Assembly: GCA_965644265.1 (NCBI GenBank)
Contig: OZ286463.1
Location: 38,440,001 to 38,504,000 of the forward strand
Direction of reading: 5' to 3'
Length of the DNA stretch: 64,000 bases
Source: Glycera tridactyla
Taxonomy: Eukaryota
The notes under the pieces are model-generated. The model was not told the DNA's origin. It ran no database searches and saw only the letters and a program-made list of their open reading frames with translations. The position numbers and the translations under genes are program-made. Positions 13,583-26,330 of this stretch are shown piece after piece; position 1 is the stretch's first letter; every line of letters starts with the position of its first letter.

Positions 13583-13825
13583 TACGTGCTCGATTGGCCA
13601 GTCCTTGGTAACTTGCATCCAGTTGCAGGGTGATGACAACATAGATCAAATGGCAATTTATTGGCTTGCAATGGTGACAACCTCTTGTCATTCGAATATA
13701 TTTGTCCTGATTTCAAACGCAGTGCAAACTCCCGAAGCCGTACATATTCTACTGAGAATTCTTGGTAGACGTTTTGTCCTTGATTATTCTGTCCTGCTTT
13801 ATGTTTCATTGTACCACTGAAAAAG

Positions 13826-13828
<3 letters not shown>

Positions 13829-13886
<58 letters not shown>
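13829..13886. repeat. (TG)n microsatellite
   Basis: Perfect run seen directly. Confidence 0.98.
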
Positions 13887-13890
<4 letters not shown>

Positions 13891-14419
13891 GAGAGAGAGT
13901 ATCATTAGGCACACGAGCAGGTTGAATTCGGACATTAGGTAATTGTTACATCTGCTGGCTTACCCAATCCTGATATATGGTCCAGCTCGAGTTGCAGGAT
14001 GTTGCGGGTGGCATATACAATGGCAATCATTCAACAGTACTCAGTCCCGCACCCAATTCGCATTCATAATCAGTCAAATAATGGCACTCATCAATCAATC
14101 ATGTATGCATCGGACATATGTAAGCCGCGTAGTCCTGCCAGAACCTTGTTTTGTGTTAAATGCTGGTATTTGTCATGATGCGAGTGCCAAGATTGATTAG
14201 TGAGGTTTGAGCAGGTCTTGGATTAATGAGATACCTAATGGAGTTCACTAAATGAATAATATTGCTTCTCTGAGTTATCTGAGTTTTGCGGAAACGGGGC
14301 GAGTGAGTTCCTGTGAAAAATATGTGAGCGCCTGAGTGATAATGGTGCAAGGTCGCTCGGTGCTGTCTCGTGCATTAGCTTCTATCCCACGCATTGTGTC
14401 GTTATAGACATTGCCTGAT

Positions 14420-15540
14420 TCTCTTCAGTCCTACCTATCTCGCAAAGCGTCCCTCAGAGCTCTATTTTGGACCCTCTGCTATTCAGTTTGTAAATAAAAG
14501 ATTTACCCAACTAGTCATTAACCCGATGCTGAGAAGATTAACTATATGTTTCCACACTAATGTAATGAAAATGTAACTATCTCTCTGAAACTGATATGCC
14601 AACTTTACGCCGATGATACGGCTATATGTGTAATCACTAACGATCCACTCAGGATGTGAAAACTGTTACAAGCCATTCTGACTAGTCATGGTTAGGATGA
14701 GGGCTAATAAATTATCTTTGAACTGCAAAAAGACAGAGCTCTTGATATCAGGCCTACCATCCAAGATTGGCAACTTCAGCGGTAATAAAATAAATGCAGG
14801 GGATGGGGAGCTAGAATGTGTTGATAAAATGAAATAGTTAAGCATTATATCAGACCCTGCTCTAAGATGCTAAGTAAGATCTATGCGCTGGGAATGTTGA
14901 GAGCTGGCACCCGTGTTATATGAAAATCTCATACATCCGATCTTTGATGACGGCGATGTAGTGACCGACTGTCTCTCCAAGAGAGACTCTTATACACTAC
15001 GAATGATGCAGAATATGGCCATGCGTTTCATTGCAAAAAAGCCACACCGGAATAATATACATCGGTTACATCCTGAACTCAAACTACAGCCATTAGCTGT
15101 ACGCAGAGCGGGGCACTTAACATGCGCCCCTCCATGTGAATTAGTGAAGAAGGACCACTTACGTGCAACGAGGTCAAGGGACAAACCCTATTTCATGATT
15201 GAGAGAGTCCACTACAGTCTCTGCAAGAAAACTTTTGACACGGAGCAGCGAGAGCCTGGAATAGTCACCTGACCAGGTACCCTACTTCTGGATCATTGAA
15301 CCCTGACCCCTTGAAAAAATCATGAAGGAGCTGCGATCTTTGAATGATTGAAATGCATAATCTTCATCTCATATCACCAACATCGCATCTCCATTCCATA
15401 CCACATATCATCCTTTTTTACGATAGTTTCCGTAGTTAATCATATGTCAGTTATCAGTCATCATGAAAACGAAGATGTGTGCCTTGTACTACAATTTAAT
15501 TGTTTTGACAATATAGAATAAAAGATTTAAAAAATAAATC
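14420..15540 (+). mobile_element. 5'-truncated L2/CR1-group LINE (RT core to 3' end)
   Basis: In order: FQSYLS, SVPQSSILDPLLFSL*IKDLP (from 14446), LYADDTAI (YADD at 14606-14617), MRANKLSLNCKKTE and LYENLIHPIFDDGDVV; it ends in an AATAAA/A-rich tail at about 15518-15538. Confidence 0.88.
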
Positions 15541-16819
15541 ATTGGGTACGGACGGCTCCTCCGATACTGAGATCGACCATGTAGTACATGACGCGGCATA
15601 TGTGCAAAAATGACGATGTATCAGCATTAGGTCTTATACAATTTGATGAACATTGCTTGGGTGAATGTCCGAAGCCACAGAAAGCTCTCATTCTGTGAAG
15701 TATACGCATAAAGCCCGGCGACTCATTTCATACAATACATTGATTGCCATTATCACCATTTTAGGGAGAATATGCGATTGAAGTATACAGACTCTTCAAA
15801 CATGATGTTGGAGGTGATGAACGCTGCCCGTGATGATAATTCCATGCCCAATGCTACACTCTTGAGACAAGTGTTGATATTTTGACACTGAAATTTAACA
15901 CTCATTGTCAACACTTTAAGCAACCGCTGTACTAGAGTCGATCAATGGATGCCCCTCACCTGCCAAATCTTAATCCAGGTCATGGTTGTAATTCAAATAT
16001 GATTCAAGTGGTACACAGTACATCACAAACGTCAAACAACCAATGTATAATAAACATACACCAGTAGGCTTTATCAATGCTGATGCTTCAAATTGAGAAT
16101 GCATAGATTGATAATTTCCTGTTTTGCTAGATCAGATGGGATGTAAAGATGATTGAAGCATTGAGTGTCCATTATAGCAGTATGGCACAGTAGCACAGAT
16201 TATGAGAGCATCCGGGAAGATTAGCTTTCTTGACCAGCAGGGAAAGAAGGGGGAATGCACTCAAACCCCTCCCCTACCGACCCCGTATCAATGGTATCGG
16301 CAGATGCAGCGAGTCAAATGTTAAAGTGATGCCTCCTCCCCACCTGATAGAGGGGTATTCATGGACACTGTCCTTTCCTAGGCCAGTGTCCACTCTTCAT
16401 CAGCAGCTGGTGTGGTGAATAAACATATTGGCTACTGGTGATTAACACTCCAGGTGATACCATTTAACGCACTGGGCGATGTGAGTTAACGCAGCGACGT
16501 CTCCATACCATTGTGTTCTCAAGTGTGTAAGAGTCCCATAAACATGTGTCACACAAAATAATCTTCACTGGCCGTTTCGCTCGCCTAGACGTTGCAAACG
16601 AAACATCATAGAATATACCAGGATGATATGAGATCATTTGCTATCCTCGGTGTCGACTGAACATGGGTAAGATGGTGATTCTTTGTAAGACACCATGAGT
16701 TTCGAAAGAAATAACGCATGTGTCATATACCACTCTGTTTCCAAGGTCGATATCCAATGCAGGATACTGCTGGATAATTGGTATTCTAACAAAGCCAATG
16801 GAATAGATTCGTAATTTAT

Positions 16820-17130
16820 CATTGCTGAATTCCCAAACAGTCCAAACGGATGATTTGCCAACCAACCTGTCAGCAAATCTATCACCCACGGACACATCCT
16901 GGTCATTGCATGTGCTATAGGCAGTGCTATCGGCGAACGTCATTGACCATGACATACGTCTGAATACAATATCAACCAGTGATGCGCCACATATCCGAGT
17001 GAAATCAAGATTGTGGGGTGTTGGTATCATCATGCTGCTTGACATTTGGCTCCCGTTTTGCAAGTGTTTTTGATATAATCGCAATATCTAAATGGCCTCG
17101 ATACGATCAATATATCGCGAAGTTGGTGGC
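16820..17130 (+). mobile_element. Mutator/MULE transposase relic
   Basis: One frame with stops reads SPNG*FANQ...HGHILVIACAI...TYPSEIKIVGCWYHHAA; the P-x-x-x-x-x-GCxxH segment (IVGCWYH at 17010-17030) is the MULE CxxH signature. No TIRs were found. Confidence 0.55.
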
Positions 17131-18329
17131 AAATTCATCTATATGTTTCTTCGGTTGTTTTGCTCAAAAATACATACGGGTAGTTCGGAGACGGAGAGGT
17201 TGCATTCAACCGGTGGCCCCATCCCAACGTGCTTGCACATTCAAGGGTCAGCCGTGGTTGCAACATGTGATGTCGATCGCTAAGAATGGCACCTAGACTC
17301 GGCTGAATATGCGTATTGATCACGGTCAAAACGAATATGCCATGAAATTCACGATACCCTAGGCAATTGTGCGCAACACGACAGTTTTTTCTTCTCACAG
17401 ACATATTCTTTTTCTGGATTTAAATGTATGCGATGAACAGTACGTGCGTGTGTAGTCGCCGATGCATATGTCCAGTGGACATATGGTGACAAGACTGAAG
17501 TAATGCTACTCATTCAATCTGTCCGACAATTCAAGCCATTGTCATGTCGGACCTTAGAAAGATGCACTATTCAGAGGAAATGAATCACATCGCTACACGC
17601 CAATTACTGATGACATGATGGATCCTGTCCTGATACCACCTACACTATGCTTAGTTACTTTATTGTATCTCAGTCAGATTCTGATTAAATTATGCACTGA
17701 CGAGCGCTGGCACCCACAAATTACTGTATTCACTACAGGATAGAGGTATCATAATATCAGCCAGGGTCTTGTCTGTCGCCAGCTGCTATTCAGGATGTTG
17801 TGTCGGGATTGTGGCATAAACAATGATCCTCAAGCACATGTGATAATTATTGCATTCCATTGAATAAGGGATTACCGCGACCGCGTGATGATAAGATGAT
17901 CCCATGTTTTTCAACATGACTCCCCGGTCACGAATTACCTCATGTTGGTGCTTAATCATGCATGATATGACCATGGATGAACTGACGAATGTGATTGTCT
18001 TAACTCGCGTGATAGTGTGGATTTCCACAATTGCCATATGCGGACTATACAATGAAAGTCACTGAGTCCATGAATAATGCTTATTTCGAGTACGCTGCTT
18101 CAATTCAGGTATTGCTTTTGATTTCGAAAAACCATTCACATTTTAGGAATGTCGTTCCATCAGAAAATATCTTTGTGCATTCAGTATACGTAGAAGAATA
18201 TCTGAGTTGTTAGATGCTCCCATTTCTCTTGTTTCTCATCATCATATACCCAGGGTATTCGAGAGTGCTAATTGCAGGTTGATAGAGCATCCAAAGAAAG
18301 AAAATTGTACATTGAATTCGAGCCAAACT

Positions 18330-18660
18330 GAAAAAGGAGTTTGCTGTCACCAGTGTTGTTTGATTTCCATGCAAGTTTCATCTTGGGCGCTAATTTTGAA
18401 AGATGCGCAATTCACCTGTTGTTGACTGCACAGCTGCTGCTAGTTGCTCCTAACAAATACTCGCACACTGGTCGTGCGTTACCTCCTACAGCAATAATAT
18501 ATACATCATTCAACCGAATCATCTCCAACTGAGACTTCCTGAAAAGATGAACAAGAATATTACTTTGACGATTTTGATGATGGGAATAAATCAGCTCCTA
18601 TTTTGTGCCCTGAATTTGCAGTCAATTTGAAATGAAGGTCGTTTAATATTCAATGGCATC
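18330..18660 (-). mobile_element. LINE AP-endonuclease fragment
   Basis: The minus strand reads YYCCRR*RTTSVRVFVRSN (Y..fRrDR..gGGVavyVr-like), with a decayed upstream NxRS-like segment. Confidence 0.4.
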
Positions 18661-19299
18661 CATCAACCTAGAAGATCATGCATGTCGTGTGTTCCTGGTC
18701 AATGGAATCTAGATCTTGTCTTCCCTGCAGACACACACTTCACAAACCCCGAAGACAAGGTGATGGGAAACTCGACAGGTTGTCGAGTGGAAGTAGCTGA
18801 CAGTTCAGACACATCTCTATCCAACATGAACATGGTGGACCTAAATATAGCATATCTGACTATGTAAATTGACTGCAAGCAGACACTCAAACCTGATAGA
18901 AATGCTTTATTTTGAACAGAGCACAGCACTTGAAACAAGCCAGAGCATTTTCGTAGCTTCAGAGAATACCCAATCAATATGTTTAATCGTGAAATGTCAA
19001 CTTCAAACCGACTTTATAATTTTGGGTGCCCTGTGCTCTCAGTACAATGCAATATCACAACGTAGCAAATTACGTTACAGTCCTGGTAACCAAGAACTGG
19101 TTCTCCATGGTCCCCGCTCTTTGTTGCAACAATACCTGCTACAGGTAAACCGTCAGAAACCAACACCAGAGACCAGTTCACTGTGAAAATAAGAAAGAAC
19201 TCAGAGGGATAGAAAAGTGTTGAAGAAATAGAGACCTGAGGATGGTGTGATTTTGGTAGTTAATTTTGATAGTAATTTACACCATTACCAGGGTCCATT

Positions 19300-20500
19300 C
19301 TCTTCATCACTCTAATTTTGGTCGATATGGAGAACGATTCATACTTGAACTGCTATGATATATCTTTTTGGAAAGCGCGGTGATGCTAACAGATATATGA
19401 TTCAGGCGATCCAAGCTCAAGAAGAGCTTACTAAACTGCATGCAGACTAAACTGCGTACGTAAAGATGGGAATAATGTCGACATTTTAGGACATGTGAAG
19501 CGTATGAAATGAAAAAAAAAGTCAATGTGGGTCGTTGCCACAAAGAAGTATTGTTGGTGGCCTCCATCAGTGATACGGAATTCGATAATTGTGTTGATGA
19601 TTTTTTATATATCATGGTTGGAGTCTTAAAAGACTCCAAGAGGGCGAAGCATGGTGAAGGAAGTGGTTTGCATGATTGAACATTGCACCCGTGTCACCAG
19701 TGGCCCAGATAGTTGTGGTGCTCGACCCTGGTCCTGACTGAGCGTTCGTCATAGATGCGGGATTGAATTTAGCGGACACCGATGTCGACTGTGAAACCAT
19801 TGATAATCGGTTCCACAGTTGTATCTTCCTTGGTTCTGGAGGACCACTCCAGGTGTCTGATCTGATCGGGGCATGCTTGTAAAGAAGCAGACAAAGAATG
19901 CTGCAGTCATATGATACCAGATCAGAGCCTGTGAGGCATGATAGGGAGATGAAGTCATAATTGATAATGTTGTTATCAAGGGTAATCACGTCAGTGTTGG
20001 ACAAGCTCCTGTGGATGATCTAATCTATTGTAGAAGATGGTCTAGTGTCTAGTGCTAGTTTGAGAATAATCACCATGTTTTCCGAAATTGATATGGTATT
20101 TCTGGGGATCTCTCCGGCAAAGGTAAGCACATCTCATCGGACTTCTGAATGTGTTGTAATGCTTCCAAAATTCATAAGTGTTTTCATTCCACGTTTTTGG
20201 CACGAACGGGATGTTGGCTATCCTTATGAGAAAACAATGAAGGTCACGCAGCAGTTTGCTTGAAGAGAATAGTTGCCGATGCAGAAAACCTGATCAAGTG
20301 TTGGGAGCAGTTAAGCGACGTTCATCCGGTTCAAAATGCACGCCTGATCCAACTGATCCAGCAGTTGACAGGATAAGTTAATCAACGTCTAGTGTGCTTG
20401 TTTGCCTATACGTCGACCGGAGGATGTCGGCAAGAATCCCCATCACTTTGACAATGCCGAGCAATATGCTCTTATCTCGCCATCCCGCCGATGGCCATAT
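19300..20500 (-). mobile_element. LINE relic: APE fragment, possibly preceded by an SGNH-esterase ORF1 fragment
   Basis: NYDFISLS, IRSD and TIWATGD occur in APE order in ORF 19612-20004; upstream GDSCRH and FCIGNY resemble SGNH blocks. Confidence 0.4.
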
Positions 20501-20899
20501 CATTTGATTAGCCTCCTTCGTATTCCGACGCAACCAATCACTCCCATATGTTCATCACATTGGTTTGTGAGCTACCGACAACACAATCCACCTAAAACTC
20601 ACCACATAGAATGATTACTGGACCTGGTTGCCCTCAATACAATACAATATATATGACGCATCCACGGACTTTCCATGAGCTGACGATTGAAAATGTAAGC
20701 CATAAAATGATAATGGCAGTACGCTGGGTATTCCATTATCTCCTACTGTATAATATACGAAGCCTTTAACATGATGAGAGCATAGGCGTGCATGGCTTTA
20801 CCTGTTCCATCACTTGGTGTCACATAGTACATTATGGTTGATTATTATGATATTATATTCACAGCCCCGACACAGAATAGGCACACACGCACCTGCATG

Positions 20900-21080
20900 C
20901 ACCCAGGACGTGGCGTCCATCCATTACAGCGGTACTGATGATCACGCCCTACACCAGACCCCAACTGGGCCGAAGACCTACAAGGGCAGTGGTATCGTGT
21001 TAGCAACAACTGTCCGGGAATTGAAGGGACTACACCTAATTGAGATAAGTGGATATCAGGTTAGTCATACTAACACCGAG
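20900..21080 (+). mobile_element. CR1 RT C-terminal fragment
   Basis: YTRPQL and LATTVRELKGL resemble yVRPhLE and RATklVpeLkgL. Confidence 0.45.
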
Positions 21081-22580
21081 TGTTCGTAAGTGAAACCTCT
21101 GTTCTCCAGGTCTCCACTCAGGTGTGAGTGTATGTGTTGCTACGGGTGATGACGGTTTTTATAGTGTCTATACCATGTACTTGAATTTCTGAATGGTTAT
21201 TCTTTCTCAGGAAACAGAAGTTGATAACTATTTCTTTTACCATATTCGTACAGGACCACGTCATCCCTGCTCATGCAGCCTTCTATGACATGTTGACCTG
21301 TTGCGGATGCAATTAATGATGTGCTCAGCATATCGGATTCCGAAGTGGGATCTTGTATCTAACCATATTCTAGGTCCAGAATGATATCACGAGAGCAGTC
21401 ACCGTTATGTATTCGCCATTTAGCGACTGATATAAGCATGACATCTGACAGAAAATAAACATGGAGATATTGTCAGCGCTTAGTATGGAATGCTACTTCG
21501 TAAATGGTATATCTGGTTTGCGCTATATCATGAACCAAATTCTATTATCCGTGGTATTCTTTTCTGCTTTCTGCCAAGGATTGTGAATGACATAATCTTT
21601 TTTATCATTGGGATCATCATCCTGGCTCGAGTCAGTAAAACAATCAATCAAGGATACATGTGGAACCCTTTGAATCTGTCCAGATGGTCATGTAATAACA
21701 GTGCAGTGACTAGAGATGGAATCGATTGACTGAAAGCCATGTATACTCTAAAATGTGTTCAAAATTAACGTTTGCAATTTTGCACTCGCTCTCTATTGGG
21801 TCTCTCCTCTGATTTTTTCTACATATCCGTGATGATAATGCTTGAAATACTGTCCTGATCACATACATCTAACAGCCCTGAACTGCATGATTGAAAACAC
21901 GTTCAATTGAAATACGGTGAAGTGAGCTTTTCTCAAACAGCATTTATCTTTGTCTCCGCACAGACCAGCGTAGGACAGGTGTGATAAATCACACCCAGTA
22001 GCAAGAAAAAACTTATGCGGAGTCTACTGAATGAATACTCGTCCACTGTCAGGCCGGAGGCAATTCTATACCAACTCGCTAGGCTGCTGTGTCTCAGGAA
22101 TCCAGGAGTCGTTGGAGGTAGGGACAGTATTGTGATTGCGATGCAACATATGCGATCGATAGCAGACCGTCGATATGGTTATCAGCCGAGATATGGAGAT
22201 GAATCAGGCAAGACGGTGCGGCAAAGTTCGTCAATAGTTTCCGATTACGTGAGTCCAGACAGCTAGTGATGTACACTATAACATATCTTGCACCCATCCG
22301 GCTTGGTCAGCTCGGAAAGAGGATACGGACACCAGTATACGCCATCCAACTGTCCTACCCACATGCGGCTACAGACCGACAGTCAAACTTCTCCTAACCG
22401 ATGACCAAAGCGAGGCACAGAAATACTCGAAATGGTTTGGAAACTAGACAATGATAATGAAGTTCATGGAAGTATGTTAGAGTGAGCAAGATAGAGATGG
22501 AGATGGATTGATTGAGATAGATAGATAGAGAGGCAGAGGGAGGGAGAGAGGGAGACTGGCCAAGCCGTCGATATCACACT

Positions 22581-22716
22581 NNNNNNNNNNNNNNNNNNNN
22601 NNNNNNNNNNNNNNNNNNNNNNNNNNNNNNNNNNNNNNNNNNNNNNNNNNNNNNNNNNNNNNNNNNNNNNNNNNNNNNNNNNNNNNNNNNNNNNNNNNNN
22701 NNNNNNNNNNNNNNNN
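22581..22716. other. Assembly gap (N run)
   Basis: 136 N. Confidence 1.
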
Positions 22717-22753
22717 CTCGTATCAACACAACCATACCTGGCAACAACATGCA

Positions 22754-23700
22754 TGTACCTGATATGACTCATCACTGATGAGACTATGGCGTTAGCACAA
22801 TTATGACATAGCTAACGCCCCCAATCCCCCAAATGATCTCAAACTTAGGTTGAGAATCAACAACTTCACTGACGCTGATCACATAATATTGTACCTGATA
22901 TGACTCATCACTGATAAGACTATGGCGTTAGCATAATTATGACACAGCTAACGCCCCCGATCCCCCGAATGATCTCAAACTTAGGTTGAGAATCAACAAC
23001 TTCACTGACGCTGATCACATAATATTGTACCTGATATGACTCATCACTGATAAGACTATGGCGTTAGCATAATTATGACACAGCTAACGCCCCGATCCCC
23101 CGAATGATCTCAAACTTAGGTTGAGAATCAACAACTTCACTGACGCTGATCACATAATATTGTACCTGATATGACTCATCACTGATAAGACTATGGCGTT
23201 AGCACAATTATGACATAGCTAACGCCCCCAATCCCCCAAATGATCTCAAACTTAGGTTGAGAATCAACAACTTCACTGACGCTGATCACATAATATTGTA
23301 CCTGATATGACTCATCACTGATAAGACTATGGCGTTAGCATAATTATGACACAGCTAACGCCCCCGATCCCCCGAATGATCTCAAACTTAGGTTGAGAAT
23401 CAACAACTTCACTGACGCTGATCACATAATATTGTACTTGATATGACTCATCACTGATAAGACTATGGCGTTAGCATAATTATGACACAGCTAACGCCCC
23501 GATCCCCCGAATGATCTCAAACTTAGGTTGAGAATCAACAACTTCACTGACGCTGATCACATAATATTGTACCTGATATGACTCATCACTGATAAGACTA
23601 TGGCGTTAGCATAATAATGACATAGCTGACGCCCCCAATCCCCCAAATGATCTCAAACTTAGGTTGAGAATCAACAACTTCACTGACGCTGATCACATAA
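22754..23700. repeat. Tandem array, 7 copies of a 135-136-bp unit
   Basis: Units start at 22754, 22890, 23026, 23161, 23297, 23433 and 23568; the copies are near-identical. Confidence 0.98.
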
Positions 23701-25239
23701 TGGCTGCGCTGATGCTAGCAGTGTTTCTAGATGATGATGGAGCAGATGGGTGTGGCAAGGAAATGAAATGTGCACTCGGTAGATATCTGACACTGTTCTA
23801 TCGGGTGGGGATTGATGCTCGGCAATTGCTCATCATGATGGTACTGATCACGAGAACTGAATCTTAATGTACACCATCATTTGGACACGGTGGGTGTGAG
23901 AAAGGAGTGCCACGAGGTTTATATTACAGGGAAGTCACTACAGGTCGTCATTGTGGATACAGCTCGGAACTCAATACGCCATCTTCATAGAACAATACTC
24001 TATTCGAGCGCGCCATGGGAGCCGATCTCGGAGATCAGTATCAGCGAGCGAATGGTGTATAGTGCTGAGATAGATTCTGTGGTTGAAGTGATGCCCGAGA
24101 TGACCCTTGTGGCGACATCGCCGGTATCATCATCACAAGCGCAAACACACCCCCTAACCCAACTCTTGCCCATGCTCTCACATTTGATCACGTCGAGCCA
24201 TGCCGGAGTTTCTGCGTCATTCGCAGCTTCCCCGTCTCTCCATCAAGATGGCCATATTTCTATTGTCAACCATATCTAACACTTTTCAAAGACAACAACG
24301 GAACGAAACGGGCGCGAGGTTATCCACGAAAGCTATCAGAGAACGCTCATGTCCAAGACCCTCAAGTGATTGGTGACTCGTTTGCAGAATATAGCATAAT
24401 GAATGATGCAGAAATGGACAAACAGTGGGTAATATTGACCAAACTCAATGGAAAAATGAATGTGTTGATGTCTATGATGGCGTGGTGGATTGTGTTAGCA
24501 GAGCGTGACGGTGAAACATTTACTGAATGGAATTGAATGAAGACAAAAGCAAAATGATCGCTCACTTAGCTTCAAGGAGTGAGTCAGCCTCCGGGTGGTT
24601 TGTGGGCTCAGCAGCGGTTCGATTGCAAATCGACCATGCTGCCATTCGCATTAAGGCCCCCATGACATCACTGAACTGCTGGTGCTACATCTCTCATGCT
24701 CACATTTGGAATTTACCCGGAGAACAATTAGTTAAAATTCTCGATGATTTACAGCAGCGAAAAAATATGGAACGCGACATGCCTACATTTATTGTCAGTG
24801 GTGTTAGAAGGCAATGCTGCCCCGCAGTTCATCTGATCGAACAGTGCCAGATGGTATATGAGGGCATGCCATATACTACCACTACTATGGTTGGATATGT
24901 ATATAAATATTCACTTAAGTTAAATGAAATCTGGATCAATTATATGACATGGACAATCTAGTGCAATGATATAATGAATAGTGAAACACCCAATCTTAAT
25001 CCCATCTCGTACCCAACTTCACACTGCACATAACAATACTTTCTCTGTATATATTGATATATGTGTATCAATAACATAGTCTTATCATATGTTCTCATCC
25101 GAGCACATCCTAACATCCATCTTCATCATACTATCGCCGACCATCTCAATTGTCAAAATCATTGCCTAGAAATATCCCTCCTGACCCCAGATACCATGGA
25201 AAAATTCCATGTGCAACGATTTAGGAGAACTAGATAAGG

Positions 25240-26330
25240 TGAGTATCAGTTACCTGAACATTAGAAGTATGTCAGAACGCTTCATAATATTCGACACAGT
25301 GTATCATGTGCATATCCACACTTTCCGAATATGGTCTGAATCAGTGGACCCAAGATTAGATCACCAGTTACTGGACTGATAGAGTATGCCAATCAAGTTG
25401 GACCTCATCTGTCTACATGCATGCATGTGACTTGTGGTGTCTTTTCTGGGACCAGTGTTGTTTAGTTCAGATATAAATGACCTGGTAGATTACTTGTGGG
25501 ATTTCACGAGTCACAATACATCAATTTCTGTATCATGACAATCATATGGAGATGACACTGCGGCCAGTGTCACTGAATAGAATGCCATTGAATGGATGAT
25601 AGATTAAATGCGAGAGCAAACGGGAGTGACAGGATGGATCAGGGCAGACCGCATTTCTCCCGATCCAAGCAGGGCGAAGTTAATGATTGTTGCTCTTTCA
25701 ATAAGGGTCAATGAGTTTGATAAGATCAGTGTCATTTTGATGAAGAAGTTTTTGAAACAGTCGAAGGTATGAAATACCTGAGTGTAGTACTAGACCATTG
25801 GCTGACATTCAAAGATCATACAGCATACATTCCATCTCGAACAATTGCCATGATTGGACTCCGGGGTAGACCAAGGTCCATCATTAACCAGAAGACCACT
25901 CCTGCTGTAGAGGACCTTGATCCGGCGACTTTTTGACTATATAGATAATGCCAGGCCTTCTTCTAACAGAAACTACAGAATATGGCCCCTATCTAATGGG
26001 CCCAGGAGCAAATGGGCTCACCAACAAATCATATAAGAATCCAGGCTTACTAACTCTAAAAGAACGACCAATAAACCAAGAAATGATTCATATCAACAAT
26101 ATATTAGCCACTCGATATATGGCCCTTCCTGTCTGTTGCCTGAAGAGAGTAACTCATAGCCACTCAATATATGGCCCTTCCTGTCTGTTGCCTGAAGAGA
26201 GTAACTCATAACCACACTAAAGATCAAAGAAGAGACCGATGTTGGAAGAAGAGCGACTGAATTAATTCAGCTCAAGAAACTTCCCGTACAGAGCAGCGCA
26301 AAATTGGAATACACTGATAACAGATCGTAT
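25240..26330 (+). mobile_element. L2-type LINE relic with a large internal deletion
   Basis: ISYLNIRSM (APE start, 25245), LGPVLFSSDINDLVD (25446), SYGDDTA, MKYLSVVLDHWLTFKDH (25769), FDYID and FPYRAAQNWNTL occur in order. Confidence 0.8.
26105..26208. repeat. 52-bp two-copy tandem duplication inside the LINE relic
   Basis: The copies at 26105-26156 and 26157-26208 differ by 1 nt. Confidence 0.95.

Noticed and set aside
13374-13935. Poly-Gly, poly-His and (TH)n ORFs
   Set aside because: They are translations of the (CCA)n and (TG)n microsatellites; the same applies to the SL and VC repeat ORFs at 31969-32266 and 55894-56177.
22581-22716. Gap length (136) equals the array unit length
   Set aside because: The gap is separated from the array by unique sequence and its other flank is unrelated; treated as coincidence.
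22754-23700. CRISPR array or hammerhead-ribozyme satellite
   Set aside because: Units are full-length repeats with no unique spacers, and there are no cas genes. CTGATGA occurs only in copy 1 (the others have CTGATAA) and the required GAAA core is absent on both strands.
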